A stretch of 64,000 nt of DNA, from assembly GCA_041740735.1 (NCBI GenBank), contig JBGSLL010000058.1:17783-81782 (forward strand), read 5' to 3'. The stretch is from Rhodopirellula sp. (GTDB taxonomy: Bacteria > Planctomycetota > Planctomycetia > Pirellulales > Pirellulaceae). This document shows positions 44,349-55,707 of the stretch, piece by piece. The stretch's first letter is position 1. The number at the start of each line of letters is the position of its first letter. A program made the position numbers and the translations under genes. The notes beneath the pieces are model-generated. The model had not been told where the DNA came from and did no database searches. It was given only the letters and a program-made list of their open reading frames with translations.

Positions 44349-47153
44349 ATGAATAGCTACAGCTTGGACTACATCGATGATTTGTACGTCCAGTATGTCC
44401 GTGACCCTGCGAGTGTTTCGGACACATGGCGCCAGTACTTTGAACAATTCCTGGTGGTGACAGGACCTCGATCGAGTGTTCGTTCCGCGAGCGGAAATGG
44501 AGCGTCCACGTCTTCCGTCGCCAACGGTGAGGCACCCCAAGAAGATCGACTGGGGACGAGCGGCAACGAGAACACGGATCAAGTCATCTGGATGTCTCGC
44601 ATTCAAGATCGGGTGAACCAACTAGTAAGGGAATACCGAGTTCGCGGACACATGGCGGCTCAACTGGATCCGCTCGGACTGCTCAAATCCGAAGGCCCTG
44701 AGCTGAGCCCTGAGCTGTATGGTCTGTCGGAACAGGACTTGGAACGCCCGCTCGATAGCAGTGCGCTTGAGCACGTTGAGGGAAGTACACTGCACGCAAT
44801 TCTCAAGAAATTGCGGAACACGTATTGTCGCAGCATTGGCGCTCAGTTCATGCACATCGACAATCGCAACATTCGCGACTGGTTGCAAAAGCGGATGGAA
44901 ACGACTGAGAATCGACTTGAACTGTCGCATCAAAAGCAACGCCGGATCTATGCTCGGCTCGCAGATGCTTCGATTTTCGAAGAATTTGTACGGCGGAAAT
45001 TTGTTGGCGCGAAAACGTTTTCGCTCGAAGGTGCCGAGACGCTGATCCCAATGCTCGATTTGGCACTGGAAAAAGCCGGACAACATCACGTCAAAGAAGT
45101 GGTGATGGGGATGGCGCATCGCGGTCGACTCAACGTGATGGCGAACATTCTCAAAAAACGTGCGATGAATATTTTCTGGTCGTTCGACGACCCAGATCCC
45201 GAGATGAGCCGCGGCGGGGGTGATGTTCGCTACCACCTCGGTTACAGCAGTGACTGGGTCACCGCAACTGGCGAAAAGATCCATATTTCGCTCTGCTTCA
45301 ACCCCAGCCATTTGGAATTCGTCAACCCCGTTGCGCTGGGACGCTGTCGCTGCAAACAAGACCATCGTGGTGATACAAAACGCCAAGAAGTACTCACCAT
45401 TCTGATTCACGGGGATGCGGCGTTTGCGGGCGAAGGGATCGTTCAAGAAACGCTAAATCTCAGCGAACTCGAAGCCTATCGTACCGGTGGCACCCTTCAC
45501 ATCATTATCAATAACCAAGTCGGTTTTACCACTGAACCTCGCTGTGGCCGGAGTACAACTTACGCGACTGACATCGCGAAAATGTTGCAAATTCCAATTT
45601 TCCATGTCAACGGTGAAGATCCTGAGGCCGTTGCGCAGGTCGTATCGCTCGCCATGGACTTCCGTAAAGAATTCCAACGCGACGTGGTGATCGATTTGTA
45701 TGCGTATCGTCGTTGGGGACATAACGAAGGGGACGAACCACGCTTTACGCAACCTCGCATGTACGCAGAGATCGATCGTCGGGCGAGCGTGCGCGAACAG
45801 TATCTCAAACGACTGATGAAGATGGGAGAGATCACCTCACAAGAAGCCGAAGAGATCCAACGCAAACGAACCGAAAAACTCGAAAGTGAGTTTGAAGCGA
45901 GCAAAAATGAAGCGTTTGTTCCCGACACCCAAACACTTGCGGCGAATTGGTCCGAGTATTTTGGTGGTCCCGAACCCATCGAAGAAACGGACACCACGTT
46001 TGATCAGACGCGATTAGGCGAACTTCTCGACTCGATCACTCGATTGCCTGAAGGGTTTGCTGCAAATAAAAAATTGAAGCGTCCTATGGCTCTTCGCCGT
46101 GAGATGGCTCTGGGGCTGCAACCGCTCGATTGGGCCAGTGCTGAAGCCGCAGCGTTCGCAACGTTGCTTGTTGAAGGGCACCCGATTCGAATGACTGGAC
46201 AAGACGTCCAGCGAGGAACGTTCAGCCATCGGCACGCCGTGCTTCACAATACGAAAAACGGTGAGACTTACATGCCTCTTGCCCACCTTTCAAAGGATCA
46301 AGCACGCATCGAGCTTTACAATTCCCCGCTGAGCGAAGCGGGTGTTCTCGGTTTCGAGTATGGTTATTCGCTCGACCGGCCCGATGGTTTGTGTGCTTGG
46401 GAGGCCCAATTCGGCGACTTTTGGAATTGTGCCCAAGTGATCGTCGATCAATTTATTGCCAGCGCCGAGGATAAATGGAATCGGCTAAGTGGTTTGGTGA
46501 TGTTATTGCCACACGGTTTCGAAGGACAAGGCCCTGAACATTGCAGTGCTCGCCTAGAGCGATTTCTTGCGATGAGTGCTGAGCACAACATTCAGGTATG
46601 CCAACCGACGACGCCTGCCCAATTATTCCACCTGCTTCGCCGACAAGTAATACGCAAATGGCGCAAGCCCCTGATCTTGTTGACTCCCAAGAGTCTGCTT
46701 CGGCATCCCATGGTCGTCAGTCCGATCGAAGATCTTTCGAAGGGAAAATTTCTCAAGATCTTGGGTGACAGTACAGTGCCACTGAGCCAATGCAAACGTC
46801 TACTGATCTGCACTGGGAAAATCTACTACGACTTAATCGAAGCGCGTGCAGCTCGACAGACCAACGACGTTTCGATCATCCGAATCGAGCAACTCTACCC
46901 GCTGCTCGACGAGGAGTTGAATAAAGCCATCAAAGACTTGCCTTTGGGCACGGACATTCGATGGATTCAAGATGAGCCGACGAACATGGGAGCTTGGCCT
47001 TACATGAAATTAAAGTTCGGCGACATGCTTGCCAAAGACCACCCATTCGCTGTGATTTCTCGAGACGAGTCTGCCAGCCCAAGCACCGGCAGTATGGCAG
47101 CACACAAGATCGAGCAGGCTGAACTCATCGAAGCTGCGTTTGCTGGACTGTGA
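44349..47153 (+). CDS. sucA: 2-oxoglutarate dehydrogenase E1 component
   Basis: 934 aa. The N-terminal YIDDLYVQYVRDPASVSDTWRQYF, the ThDP region GDAAFAGEGIV and GHNEGDEP are typical of SucA. Confidence 0.93.
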   Translation: MNSYSLDYIDDLYVQYVRDPASVSDTWRQYFEQFLVVTGPRSSVRSASGNGASTSSVANGEAPQEDRLGTSGNENTDQVIWMSRIQDRVNQLVREYRVRGHMAAQLDPLGLLKSEGPELSPELYGLSEQDLERPLDSSALEHVEGSTLHAILKKLRNTYCRSIGAQFMHIDNRNIRDWLQKRMETTENRLELSHQKQRRIYARLADASIFEEFVRRKFVGAKTFSLEGAETLIPMLDLALEKAGQHHVKEVVMGMAHRGRLNVMANILKKRAMNIFWSFDDPDPEMSRGGGDVRYHLGYSSDWVTATGEKIHISLCFNPSHLEFVNPVALGRCRCKQDHRGDTKRQEVLTILIHGDAAFAGEGIVQETLNLSELEAYRTGGTLHIIINNQVGFTTEPRCGRSTTYATDIAKMLQIPIFHVNGEDPEAVAQVVSLAMDFRKEFQRDVVIDLYAYRRWGHNEGDEPRFTQPRMYAEIDRRASVREQYLKRLMKMGEITSQEAEEIQRKRTEKLESEFEASKNEAFVPDTQTLAANWSEYFGGPEPIEETDTTFDQTRLGELLDSITRLPEGFAANKKLKRPMALRREMALGLQPLDWASAEAAAFATLLVEGHPIRMTGQDVQRGTFSHRHAVLHNTKNGETYMPLAHLSKDQARIELYNSPLSEAGVLGFEYGYSLDRPDGLCAWEAQFGDFWNCAQVIVDQFIASAEDKWNRLSGLVMLLPHGFEGQGPEHCSARLERFLAMSAEHNIQVCQPTTPAQLFHLLRRQVIRKWRKPLILLTPKSLLRHPMVVSPIEDLSKGKFLKILGDSTVPLSQCKRLLICTGKIYYDLIEARAARQTNDVSIIRIEQLYPLLDEELNKAIKDLPLGTDIRWIQDEPTNMGAWPYMKLKFGDMLAKDHPFAVISRDESASPSTGSMAAHKIEQAELIEAAFAGL

Positions 47154-47188
47154 ATAAAAGTGAGTGTGGCGGAGAAACGTCGACTCAT

Positions 47189-49372
47189 TTAAGTCAGCCG
47201 TTTCTGGAATCGGAACACGCTGAGCGAGATCACGATCACGCCACAAATCGTCAATCCTACGACCCACGGCATGAGGTCGCGGAAGTCAGCTCCGCGAAGG
47301 ACGACTCCCCGTAGGATCTCGATATAGTAGGTCGCTGGGATTGCGAATGTCGCCAAATGAATGGGTAGCGGCATTTCGCTGCGGGGGAAAACGAACCCCG
47401 ACAACAAAACGGAAGGAAGCATGATAACGAATGCAAATTGAACCGCTTCGAGTTGTGTTTTGGCAATTGTTGAGACAAGTAAACCGAGTCCCAACGAACA
47501 CACCATGAACAACATTGACAAGGCTAATAGCAACGAGATGCTGCCTTGAATGTTGACACCAAAAACATAAATCATCACTGCGAGCACCGTCAGCAGCGTA
47601 ACGAACCCAACGAGCGCGTAAGGCAATAGCTTTCCCAATAGAAGTCCTGTGCGTCCGACCGGGGTGACGAATAACTGCTCCAGTGTCCCCAGTTCTCGCT
47701 CGCGAACGACTGCGAACGATGTGAGGAACAACGTCACGAGTTGCAGGATGATTCCGACCAAACCGGGCACAAAGAAATGTGAGCTATCCAGATCAGGGTT
47801 GTACAGCATGCGAGTCCGAACCTCGATTGGAAGCGAACCCCGCCCTGAGGCATCACGCGCTGGAGCCAGTTGTAAAGCATCGCCTTTCGCCATTGCCATT
47901 TGGATGGATAGATTCAGTCCCAGTAACTGCGCAGTGCTTTGTGCCGTCGTGGCAACTTGCGAATCACTTCCATCGATCAGGATTTGCAGTTTTGCTTGTT
48001 CACCGAGCAACACTTGATCGACATAATTCGGTGAAATTCGGATGCCAACTTTCGCACGTCCTGAGGAGAGTGCTCGCTGAAAAGCTTCTTCGCTCAGCAC
48101 ATGCTCGATCAATCGAAATCGCCGCGTATTTTCAAATGCCGCGACCAGTTCTCGCGATGATTGTCGACCGTCCATGTTGAAGACCACCGTCGGAATGTTC
48201 TCGATTTGGGTATCGATCGCGTATCCAAATATGATCGTCTGCATCACCGGGACCACGAGCATGAAAAACAATGTCGTCGGTTGCCTACGGATGTGGACGA
48301 ATTCCTTCACGAGTACAGCCCAAAGCCCAGCCCAGGTTCCGCAGTGACGCGATGATTTGGGCGCAGCGGAAGTCGCCGAGTTCTTCGGAAGATCTTCGAT
48401 GAAACTCGTGGCGGGTTCCACATCAGACGCCGATGATTGCTGTTGAGCGTTGCTTGTCAAAGTCACGAAGACGTCCTCCAAGCTCGGTGGAACCTCGTGA
48501 GTCTCTTGTGAAGTGGGGATTCCCAGTTGCAATAAAACGTCGTCAGGAGATCTCGGCTGCTGCAACAGCAAGTGAATCGTTTCACCAAAAAGCGTAGCGT
48601 CACGCACGTCGGGTATCTGACGCAAACTCGCGAGGTGCTGAGCTGGCGAAGGAATGCGAATTTCAAAACGCCTTGTTCCCTTAGGCGTTACCTCGGGTAA
48701 TCGTTTGAGTTCTTCCGGCTTGCCCAGCACTAAAAGTCTCGAATCGTAGATATAGCCAACTTCGCTACAGCGTTCGGCTTCGTCCATGTAGTGAGTGGTC
48801 ACGAACAGCGTCACGCAACGACCCGAAAGCTCGAACAATAGATCCCAAAGGTGACGTCTTGCTACGGGATCGATTCCTGCGGTGGGTTCGTCGAGGAATA
48901 GAACGTCAGGCTCGTGAATGAGCGAACAAGCAAGTGCTAGCCGTTGTTTCCAACCACCTGATAACGTCTCCGCAAGTTGTGGCAATCGATCTGACAAACC
49001 GGTCAGTTCTAAAACCGCTTCACGTCGCTCAATCAATCGATTCCGATCGAGCCCGTAGATTCGACCATAGAAATCGATATTCTCGCGAACAGATAAATCG
49101 CCATACAGACTGAACTGCTGCGACATGTAGCCAACTCGTGGCTTAATCAATTCAGCGTCGGTCCGCACATCCATACCGAGCACACTCGCTTCGCCACTGC
49201 TGGGCGGTAGGATGCCCAACAACATGCGAATGATTGTCGATTTACCACTTCCGTTGGGCCCAAGCAAACCAAAGATAGAGCCGCGATGAACTTGAAAACT
49301 AACATCACGTACCGCCACAAGCGATCCGAACGAACGCGAAAGAGATCGAACATCGATGATCGCAGTTGTCAT
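47189..49372 (-). CDS. fused ABC transporter ATPase plus ABC-2-type permease
   Basis: N-terminal GPNGSGKST, LSGGWKQRL and LFLDEP. The C-terminal ~370 aa form a 6-TM ABC-2 permease. The start shares one base with the HlyD stop (TGATG). Confidence 0.85.
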   Translation of the reverse strand: MTTAIIDVRSLSRSFGSLVAVRDVSFQVHRGSIFGLLGPNGSGKSTIIRMLLGILPPSSGEASVLGMDVRTDAELIKPRVGYMSQQFSLYGDLSVRENIDFYGRIYGLDRNRLIERREAVLELTGLSDRLPQLAETLSGGWKQRLALACSLIHEPDVLFLDEPTAGIDPVARRHLWDLLFELSGRCVTLFVTTHYMDEAERCSEVGYIYDSRLLVLGKPEELKRLPEVTPKGTRRFEIRIPSPAQHLASLRQIPDVRDATLFGETIHLLLQQPRSPDDVLLQLGIPTSQETHEVPPSLEDVFVTLTSNAQQQSSASDVEPATSFIEDLPKNSATSAAPKSSRHCGTWAGLWAVLVKEFVHIRRQPTTLFFMLVVPVMQTIIFGYAIDTQIENIPTVVFNMDGRQSSRELVAAFENTRRFRLIEHVLSEEAFQRALSSGRAKVGIRISPNYVDQVLLGEQAKLQILIDGSDSQVATTAQSTAQLLGLNLSIQMAMAKGDALQLAPARDASGRGSLPIEVRTRMLYNPDLDSSHFFVPGLVGIILQLVTLFLTSFAVVRERELGTLEQLFVTPVGRTGLLLGKLLPYALVGFVTLLTVLAVMIYVFGVNIQGSISLLLALSMLFMVCSLGLGLLVSTIAKTQLEAVQFAFVIMLPSVLLSGFVFPRSEMPLPIHLATFAIPATYYIEILRGVVLRGADFRDLMPWVVGLTICGVIVISLSVFRFQKRLT

Positions 49373-50532
49373 CAGTCGTCACCCATTCCGTCGAGCCACA
49401 CATCCGCCATCATGCCTGGGCGCAGCAAATCGCCTTGACTCACTACCGCCACCTTGATGCGAAAAACTTGCTTGGATCGTTCCTTGGGCGTTTGCACATT
49501 ACTGGGGGTGAATTCCGCTTGCCGAGCCACAAATGTAATCACACCTTCAAATTGTTGTTGTGGATAACCGTCGACGGTCAACGCAACCCGATCACCGACC
49601 TTTACTGCGACACGATTCTGGGGAATGTAGGCCCGAACCCACAGGTTTCTTCGATCTAACATCGCAAGCACTGGTGCACTCGGCGCGACCATGTCACCTG
49701 GTTGCAGATCGAGAGCTTCGATCGTTCCATCAATTGGGCTTCTGATGCTGAGTTCTTCTTTCTGACGACGAATCGCTGCCAAAGTCGCTTGCGCAGCATC
49801 GCGAGTCGCTTTGGCTTTCGCGATTTCTTCACTTCGATAGCCATGCGTTTTCAATTGCCAAGCTTGTCGGGCCTCTTCGAGGACAGCCTCGGCTTCACGC
49901 AGTTCTTCTTTTCTAGGCCCGCTTTCCAACAAGTCAAGTTCCTGTTGCCGAACCACCACACTGGCCATTGAAGCTTCCAACGATTCACGGACAGTATCAA
50001 ATTCTTGAGGTGACGCTGCGTTGGTATTTTTGAGTTTTGACAGCCGTTGATAGTTTTGCTCCGCGAGGTTCTTCTCAGCCTCTGCCAACATCAGTCGTCC
50101 ACGAGCGGCCTCGATCTCTTGAGCTCGCGGGCCTGCACGAAGTAAGTCCAATCTTGCCTGTAATTGATCGACTTTGGCTTTTGCTTGGGCCTTTTCTTCA
50201 TCGCGAAAACCGGCCAGAAATCGCTGATAGTCCGCCTCATATCCCGCCAAGGAAAGTTCGGTTTGCTTTTCATGTTCCAAGAGATCGTAAGGTTCCAGTT
50301 CGACCAAGACGCTCCCGGCGATGACGTCCTGACCCTCCTGGACATGCACTGCCGAGACTCGTCCGCCAACCCGTGAGCCCAAACGGATTTCATCAGCCTC
50401 GATTACCCCAGAAACTCGCTGCGGTTCAGGACGCCACTTACCGTAAGCAACCAACGCAACAAGTGCAAAAACGAATAAGGGAAGGAGGATGAATCTTTTT
50501 GTCATTATTACGGTAGTTACTTCGCGTACCAT
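49372..50532 (-). CDS. HlyD-family membrane fusion (periplasmic adaptor) protein
   Basis: N-terminal TM, lipoyl/barrel segments GVIEADEIRLGSRVGGRV, a long coiled coil, and a C-terminal beta-barrel. The start may be the ATG at 50505. Confidence 0.85.
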   Translation of the reverse strand: MVREVTTVIMTKRFILLPLFVFALVALVAYGKWRPEPQRVSGVIEADEIRLGSRVGGRVSAVHVQEGQDVIAGSVLVELEPYDLLEHEKQTELSLAGYEADYQRFLAGFRDEEKAQAKAKVDQLQARLDLLRAGPRAQEIEAARGRLMLAEAEKNLAEQNYQRLSKLKNTNAASPQEFDTVRESLEASMASVVVRQQELDLLESGPRKEELREAEAVLEEARQAWQLKTHGYRSEEIAKAKATRDAAQATLAAIRRQKEELSIRSPIDGTIEALDLQPGDMVAPSAPVLAMLDRRNLWVRAYIPQNRVAVKVGDRVALTVDGYPQQQFEGVITFVARQAEFTPSNVQTPKERSKQVFRIKVAVVSQGDLLRPGMMADVWLDGMGDD

Positions 50533-51183
50533 TGATCGCTAGTTAGCTGACGGCGCCAACAGCATAAGCGATTTTAGTGACTGGTCGAAAGTCTTCGCGA
50601 CTCACCTTACACGCTAAGAAATCGCTTAAAAGGAGGATTGTTCAATCTCACAAGACACAGAAACATTGACGATTCAGGGTGATGGGGTCAGCGAAGTGCT
50701 TTCAAGTTACGCCATCGCTTCCTGGGAAAGGCTTAGCAATACAGGTGACAACTCTTTCAGGCCTAGCGGGAGCATCGCGAATGCGATTTGGCGGGATTCC
50801 TTTTTTGGTCAATTCGCCACGAAAGGGCAAAATAAGTCGATCAATTAGTTGCCCGCGGGGCAAGCATCACCCAAGCCATCGTTTACTGGACTGATCTCTT
50901 TACCGCTCAATGGCCCATCCACCGGCATTCGTAAACGGTTGTCGATGGAGTCAGTCTCGGCCATCAATGATCGCCATTCGTCACCGCGAAAGTGCGTGAG
51001 TGGGCGATCGTTCGCAGGGAAGCGGCCAAATTATTTGATTGCCTTGACTTAGTGCTTCACTCCGTGTGCAGCATTCTTGGAAAATCTAGTTTTTTGGTCA
51101 GTCGCAGGACGCTACAATTCATCTATTCGAATGAAAGTGTGATTCGCTTTTCATTTACGAAACTTTATAGAAGCAGTAGAACC

Positions 51184-51612
51184 ATGAACTCATTGGAAAT
51201 CGTTTGCTCAGAATGTGCGGCGGTCAATCGAGTGCCTGTTTTGAAATCTCACGACAAACCGGTTTGCGGAAAATGCAGAACTCGGCTGTTGCCAGCCCAT
51301 CCGGTGGAGCTAAACGACTCATCGTTTGCCAAGTTCATCGCCAGAAACAAGGTGCCGGTGCTGGTAGACTTCTGGGCACCGTGGTGTGGCCCGTGTCGCA
51401 TGATGGCGCCAGAGTTCCATGATGCCGCCGCTCAACTTTCACCGTCAGTGATTCTCGCCAAATTGAATACGGAATCCGACCCGAGAACGGCAGCTCAATT
51501 TGGTATTTCAGGAATTCCTACACTCATATTGTTTAAAGATGGAATCGAAGTCCATCGTCAGTCCGGCGTAATGAATGCTCAACAGATTGCGAGATTCGTT
51601 GGCGGAAGATAG
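51184..51612 (+). CDS. trxC: thioredoxin 2 (N-terminal zinc finger plus thioredoxin fold)
   Basis: CSECAAVNRV...CGKC zinc-finger pairs followed by the WAPWCGPCR active site. Start at the ATG at 51184; the longest ORF from 50992 adds an implausible leader. Confidence 0.88.
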   Translation: MNSLEIVCSECAAVNRVPVLKSHDKPVCGKCRTRLLPAHPVELNDSSFAKFIARNKVPVLVDFWAPWCGPCRMMAPEFHDAAAQLSPSVILAKLNTESDPRTAAQFGISGIPTLILFKDGIEVHRQSGVMNAQQIARFVGGR

Positions 51613-51721
51613 CTTCTAAACCGCGCTCATAAGAAACGATTTATCAAATGTGCATGGTCCTGATGGGACTTACGCGAGGTGATTTCTCTCGGGTCACTCT
51701 CTTTCGTAACGTGAATTTTAG

Positions 51722-53575
51722 CTATCGCTTTCCGGATAAGTAATCGAGTCGATTCTTAGGTTCGCCTTTGGTGCTGATCGTAATGCTAGAGTTCAGCTTT
51801 ATGGCGTCGATCCCCAATCGATCACCGAAATGATCGTTCAAGAAAACGGCTGTATTGAGCAAGCGAAGCAGTTCAGGTTCGTTCGTCGCTCGTCCAACCG
51901 AGCGATACAAATAGGCCCGCGGGTCGATATCACTACAAACAGCTAAGTACTCAATGGCACGCATCACGACCAGAGGCTCTTCGTCCGTCAGGCATGTTTT
52001 GACCAAGGTCTGAAGCGATGAATCGGTTTGCCCGTGACTGGTTGCCGCGACTAACCCCCAATAACGTGTCCATGGATTCGTACTCTCAATGGCTTCTCGC
52101 AATCGAGGCTCCGCTTCTTCGAAAGGGAGGAGAGCTAGATTGACCGTATCGACCAAACCCGCAATTTCAAGTTTCTGTTGTTGGCCAAAATCAACGGGAT
52201 TCGACATGGCCGACTTGAACAAAACCGCTTCGGGCAAGAAGCTCAAATCCGGCATTTCCTTGAGACGCTCGACGAGTCGATTTCGCATCTGGAGGAGCTT
52301 GCCACTAAACGCAGGTTCGTCTGCTAAGTTCCTCGTTTCATGCGGATCTTCTCTAAGATTGTAGAGAGCCTCGGGAGCCTTAGCTTCAAAGAATTTTCTC
52401 TGAATCGCGTTCAGTTTGCCTTGCTCGAAGAGCGTTCGCCATTCTTCGTAAGCCAACATCTTATACCGGTAATTATTTTGCAATCCATCAGGATAGAACG
52501 GCTCGAAGTTCCGGATGTATTTGAAATCGTCGTTTCTCAGTGATCGAACGAAATCATACTTCTCGTCGAATCGATCGGCATAACCGATGGTCTCATTCCT
52601 TTTGTCGACTTCGTCGGGACGAATGGCTCCCCCGAGAAATGCGCGGCCATCGATTCCATTTGGAGCCTCCACGCCAGCGAGCGAAAGAACCGTCGGTCCA
52701 AAATCGACGAATTCAACCAAGCCATTCGTTCGCGAATGAAGGTCGCGACTGACGAGAGTCTTGTAATGATCGGGCACGCGGACGACGAGCGGGATATGGA
52801 GCCCCGATTCATAGATGTAACCTTTACTTCGTGGCAGAACCCCACCGTGGTCCCCAAAGTAAAAGATGAATGTATTTTCCAGTTCCCCAGCATCGCGAAG
52901 TTCATCGACTACTTTGCCGACGACACCATCAATCGCCTTCATCCGATCATGGTAGGTCGCTCGGGTGTAACGAAATGTGTCTGTGTTGGGGAAATAAGGT
53001 GGAAGTTCAACGGAGGCCGTGTCGGTCTGAGTCGACTCATTAAGCATTTTCTCTTTGGAAAAATGCAGGCTGCTTTCATGGGACAGCGTCGAAGTCAGTA
53101 CATGAAAGAACGGAGTCTGTTTGGAGGGCCGATTCTTCCAATGGGCTTTTTTGGAAGAGTCGTTCCAGACATCGTCTGTCTTTACGGCGTTGTAGTCTTC
53201 TTTCGAGTTATTTGTGGTGTAGTAACCTGCATCTTGCAAATACGCCGGAAACATTCGCAGCCCCTCGGGCATCTGCGCTGGTTTGCTGCGCCGATGAAAC
53301 TGAGTGCCGATGCGAGGTGCGTAACAGGAAGTGATCAGCGTTGTTCGGGCAACCGAGCAAACAGGGGCACACGAGAAAGCTCGATCAAAAGTGATGCCGT
53401 GCTCGGCGAGCGCTTCGATATTCGGAGCACTCACTCCCGACTCATCAAAGTGTTTGAGGTAGTGTTTGGAATTATCTTCGGACATGATCCAAACAAAATT
53501 TGGCCTATCCAAAGCAATCGCGAACTCGGCAAGCAGGAGAAGTATGACGAGTGAGAAATAGCGAGTGCAGGTCAT
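51722..53575 (-). CDS. sulfatase (S1 family) with a C-terminal helical (HEAT-like) extension
   Basis: Signal peptide. NFVWIMSEDNS metal-site region. The active-site segment reads CSVAR where C-x-P-x-R is expected. GDHGG motif. About 170 extra C-terminal residues. Confidence 0.8.
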   Translation of the reverse strand: MTCTRYFSLVILLLLAEFAIALDRPNFVWIMSEDNSKHYLKHFDESGVSAPNIEALAEHGITFDRAFSCAPVCSVARTTLITSCYAPRIGTQFHRRSKPAQMPEGLRMFPAYLQDAGYYTTNNSKEDYNAVKTDDVWNDSSKKAHWKNRPSKQTPFFHVLTSTLSHESSLHFSKEKMLNESTQTDTASVELPPYFPNTDTFRYTRATYHDRMKAIDGVVGKVVDELRDAGELENTFIFYFGDHGGVLPRSKGYIYESGLHIPLVVRVPDHYKTLVSRDLHSRTNGLVEFVDFGPTVLSLAGVEAPNGIDGRAFLGGAIRPDEVDKRNETIGYADRFDEKYDFVRSLRNDDFKYIRNFEPFYPDGLQNNYRYKMLAYEEWRTLFEQGKLNAIQRKFFEAKAPEALYNLREDPHETRNLADEPAFSGKLLQMRNRLVERLKEMPDLSFLPEAVLFKSAMSNPVDFGQQQKLEIAGLVDTVNLALLPFEEAEPRLREAIESTNPWTRYWGLVAATSHGQTDSSLQTLVKTCLTDEEPLVVMRAIEYLAVCSDIDPRAYLYRSVGRATNEPELLRLLNTAVFLNDHFGDRLGIDAIKLNSSITISTKGEPKNRLDYLSGKR

Positions 53576-53751
53576 GGTGCGATGGCGGAAACGGAGTGCA
53601 AGTGGTTGAAAAATCGAGCGAAGCCCGACGAAACATTCAGGCTCGCCCCAAGTTTACCATCCTGCTTCCCTGACCGCAGCAGGACGGATTTGGTACACCC
53701 ATCCACACATTATCAAGGACACTTGTTCTCCGCCCTTAGCCGCCCCTTTCT

Positions 53752-55530
53752 CTACTCCAAGATCATGTCATCAACGGTCTTTCCACCAGGGATCATTGGC
53801 AGTACGTGTTCTTGATAAGGAACTTGAACGTCGAGCAAGTAGGGGCCTTTGTGCGCGATCATCTCCCGAAGAGCCCCCTCGAGATCCGACTTCTTTCGGA
53901 TGGTCGCAGCGCCACATCCGTAACCTTGGGCGATTTTCACAAAATCGGGATACCGCTCCTCTGCGTAACTGAACCGTTCTGCGTTACTCTCGCCAGCTGC
54001 TTCTTCGTGGTGGATCGGACCGAGGTAAGTGTGGGCTCGGTTGCGTTGCATGAATCGGTCTTCCCACTGTACCACCATTCCAAGATGTTGATTGTTCAGC
54101 AGCAAAACTTTCACTGGCAACTCTTCGCAAAAACAGGTTGCTAATTCTTGAATGTTCATCTGGAAGCTTCCGTCTCCGTCGATATCGACAACAAGCGAGC
54201 CGGGATGAGCGGCTTGAACGCCCATCGCTGCGGGAAGTCCAAACCCCATCGTACCGAGTCCGCTGCTGCTCATCCAAGTTCGAGGGCGACGGAATTGATA
54301 GAACTGGGCAGCCCACATTTGATGTTGTCCTACACCCACAGTGATGTAGGTGTCCATTTCCGCTGTGATGTCACTCAGCGTCTTGATCGCATGCTGTTGC
54401 AAAATTCCATCAAACGTTTCGTCGTAGTGGAATGGATACTGAGCTTTGAGATCGGCACAGTGTTTCTGCCAAGCGGAAATCTCAGGCTTCTGGACCACTT
54501 TATTTAGTTCGGTAAGCACTTGTTTCACATCGCCGCGAACTGGGATGTGAGCCTGCTTGTTCTTGTTTAACTCTGAACCATCGATGTCGACATGAATGAT
54601 CTTTGCGTCTTTCGCAAACGCTTCGACTTTCCCCGTCACACGGTCATCGAAACGAACACCGAGGGCAATCAGCAAATCACAGTCCCGTACGGCATAGTTG
54701 GCGTACGCAGCACCGTGCATTCCGAGCCACGCCATCGAATTTTCTTGCTCAGGCGGAATCGTTCCAATCCCCATGATCGTGGTCGTCACGGGAATGCCTG
54801 AACGTTTGACGAACTCACGGAGTTCTTCGGTCGCACTTCCAAGAATAATTCCCCCGCCCGCATAGATCATCGGCCGTCGAGCTAACTTAATGGCGGCAGC
54901 AATTTGGCGAATCGTTTCCATCGGAACCGGAGTGGGTGTCGGATCGTACCCCGGCAATTGCATGGCGGGATCTAAATCGATCTCGAAATTGCTCATTTGG
55001 ACGTCCTTAGGCATGTCGATTAACACCGGTCCTGGGCGTCCACTGGTGGCAATGAAGAACGCCTCCTTCATTACCCGTGGCAAATCGGCAACATCAGTCA
55101 CCATGTAATGATGCTTGGTAATGCCGCGACAGATTTCAACCATGGGCGTTTCTTGAAACGCATCGGTTCCGATCACATTAGTTGGAACTTGGCCGGTGAT
55201 ACAAATCAGTGGAATGCTGTCAAGTTTTGCATCGGCGATTGCGGTCACGAGGTTGGTGGCACCTGGGCCGCTCGTGGCCATCACCACACCCACTTTTCCG
55301 GTGCTTCGCGCGTAACCCTGAGCGGCGAACGCACCACCCTGTTCATGTCGTGGAAGAATCGTACGAATAGAATCCCCGTACCGCGTCAATGCTTGATGGA
55401 GCGGCATGCTACAACCGCCAGGGTAAGCGAACAGCACTTCGACCCCGTGATCCACGAGCGATTTGACGAGAATATCGGCTCCATTCATGGTTCGAACGGG
55501 CGTGGAAGGGGCAGTTTTGGCTGTACTCAT
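53752..55530 (-). CDS. ilvB: acetolactate synthase large subunit (biosynthetic type)
   Basis: ThDP enzyme: [33 protein letters not shown] and [14 protein letters not shown]...DGDGSFQMN. No small-subunit gene is adjacent. Confidence 0.92.
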   Translation of the reverse strand: MSTAKTAPSTPVRTMNGADILVKSLVDHGVEVLFAYPGGCSMPLHQALTRYGDSIRTILPRHEQGGAFAAQGYARSTGKVGVVMATSGPGATNLVTAIADAKLDSIPLICITGQVPTNVIGTDAFQETPMVEICRGITKHHYMVTDVADLPRVMKEAFFIATSGRPGPVLIDMPKDVQMSNFEIDLDPAMQLPGYDPTPTPVPMETIRQIAAAIKLARRPMIYAGGGIILGSATEELREFVKRSGIPVTTTIMGIGTIPPEQENSMAWLGMHGAAYANYAVRDCDLLIALGVRFDDRVTGKVEAFAKDAKIIHVDIDGSELNKNKQAHIPVRGDVKQVLTELNKVVQKPEISAWQKHCADLKAQYPFHYDETFDGILQQHAIKTLSDITAEMDTYITVGVGQHQMWAAQFYQFRRPRTWMSSSGLGTMGFGLPAAMGVQAAHPGSLVVDIDGDGSFQMNIQELATCFCEELPVKVLLLNNQHLGMVVQWEDRFMQRNRAHTYLGPIHHEEAAGESNAERFSYAEERYPDFVKIAQGYGCGAATIRKKSDLEGALREMIAHKGPYLLDVQVPYQEHVLPMIPGGKTVDDMILE

Positions 55531-55707
55531 CAGATAGATCAACACATAGAGTAGGGGAACGTTCGTTTATCTTAAAATGTGAGGTTTTAGGGTTTTCCAT
55601 TGTTTTCTAGAAAACTGGCGTTTACTCAAACAGGCGAAACTCCGAACCTACGCATCTAAGTTAAGTTCGTACCCTCACTTAGGCAATGGATAAATTGGCT
55701 CAAGGAA

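Noticed and set aside
55546-55707. A fluoride riboswitch (crcB motif) upstream of crcB.
   Set aside because: I could not find the conserved core elements I remember from the Bacillus and Thermotoga examples in this leader. By-eye matching is weak evidence, so it needs an Infernal scan and is not reported as a feature.
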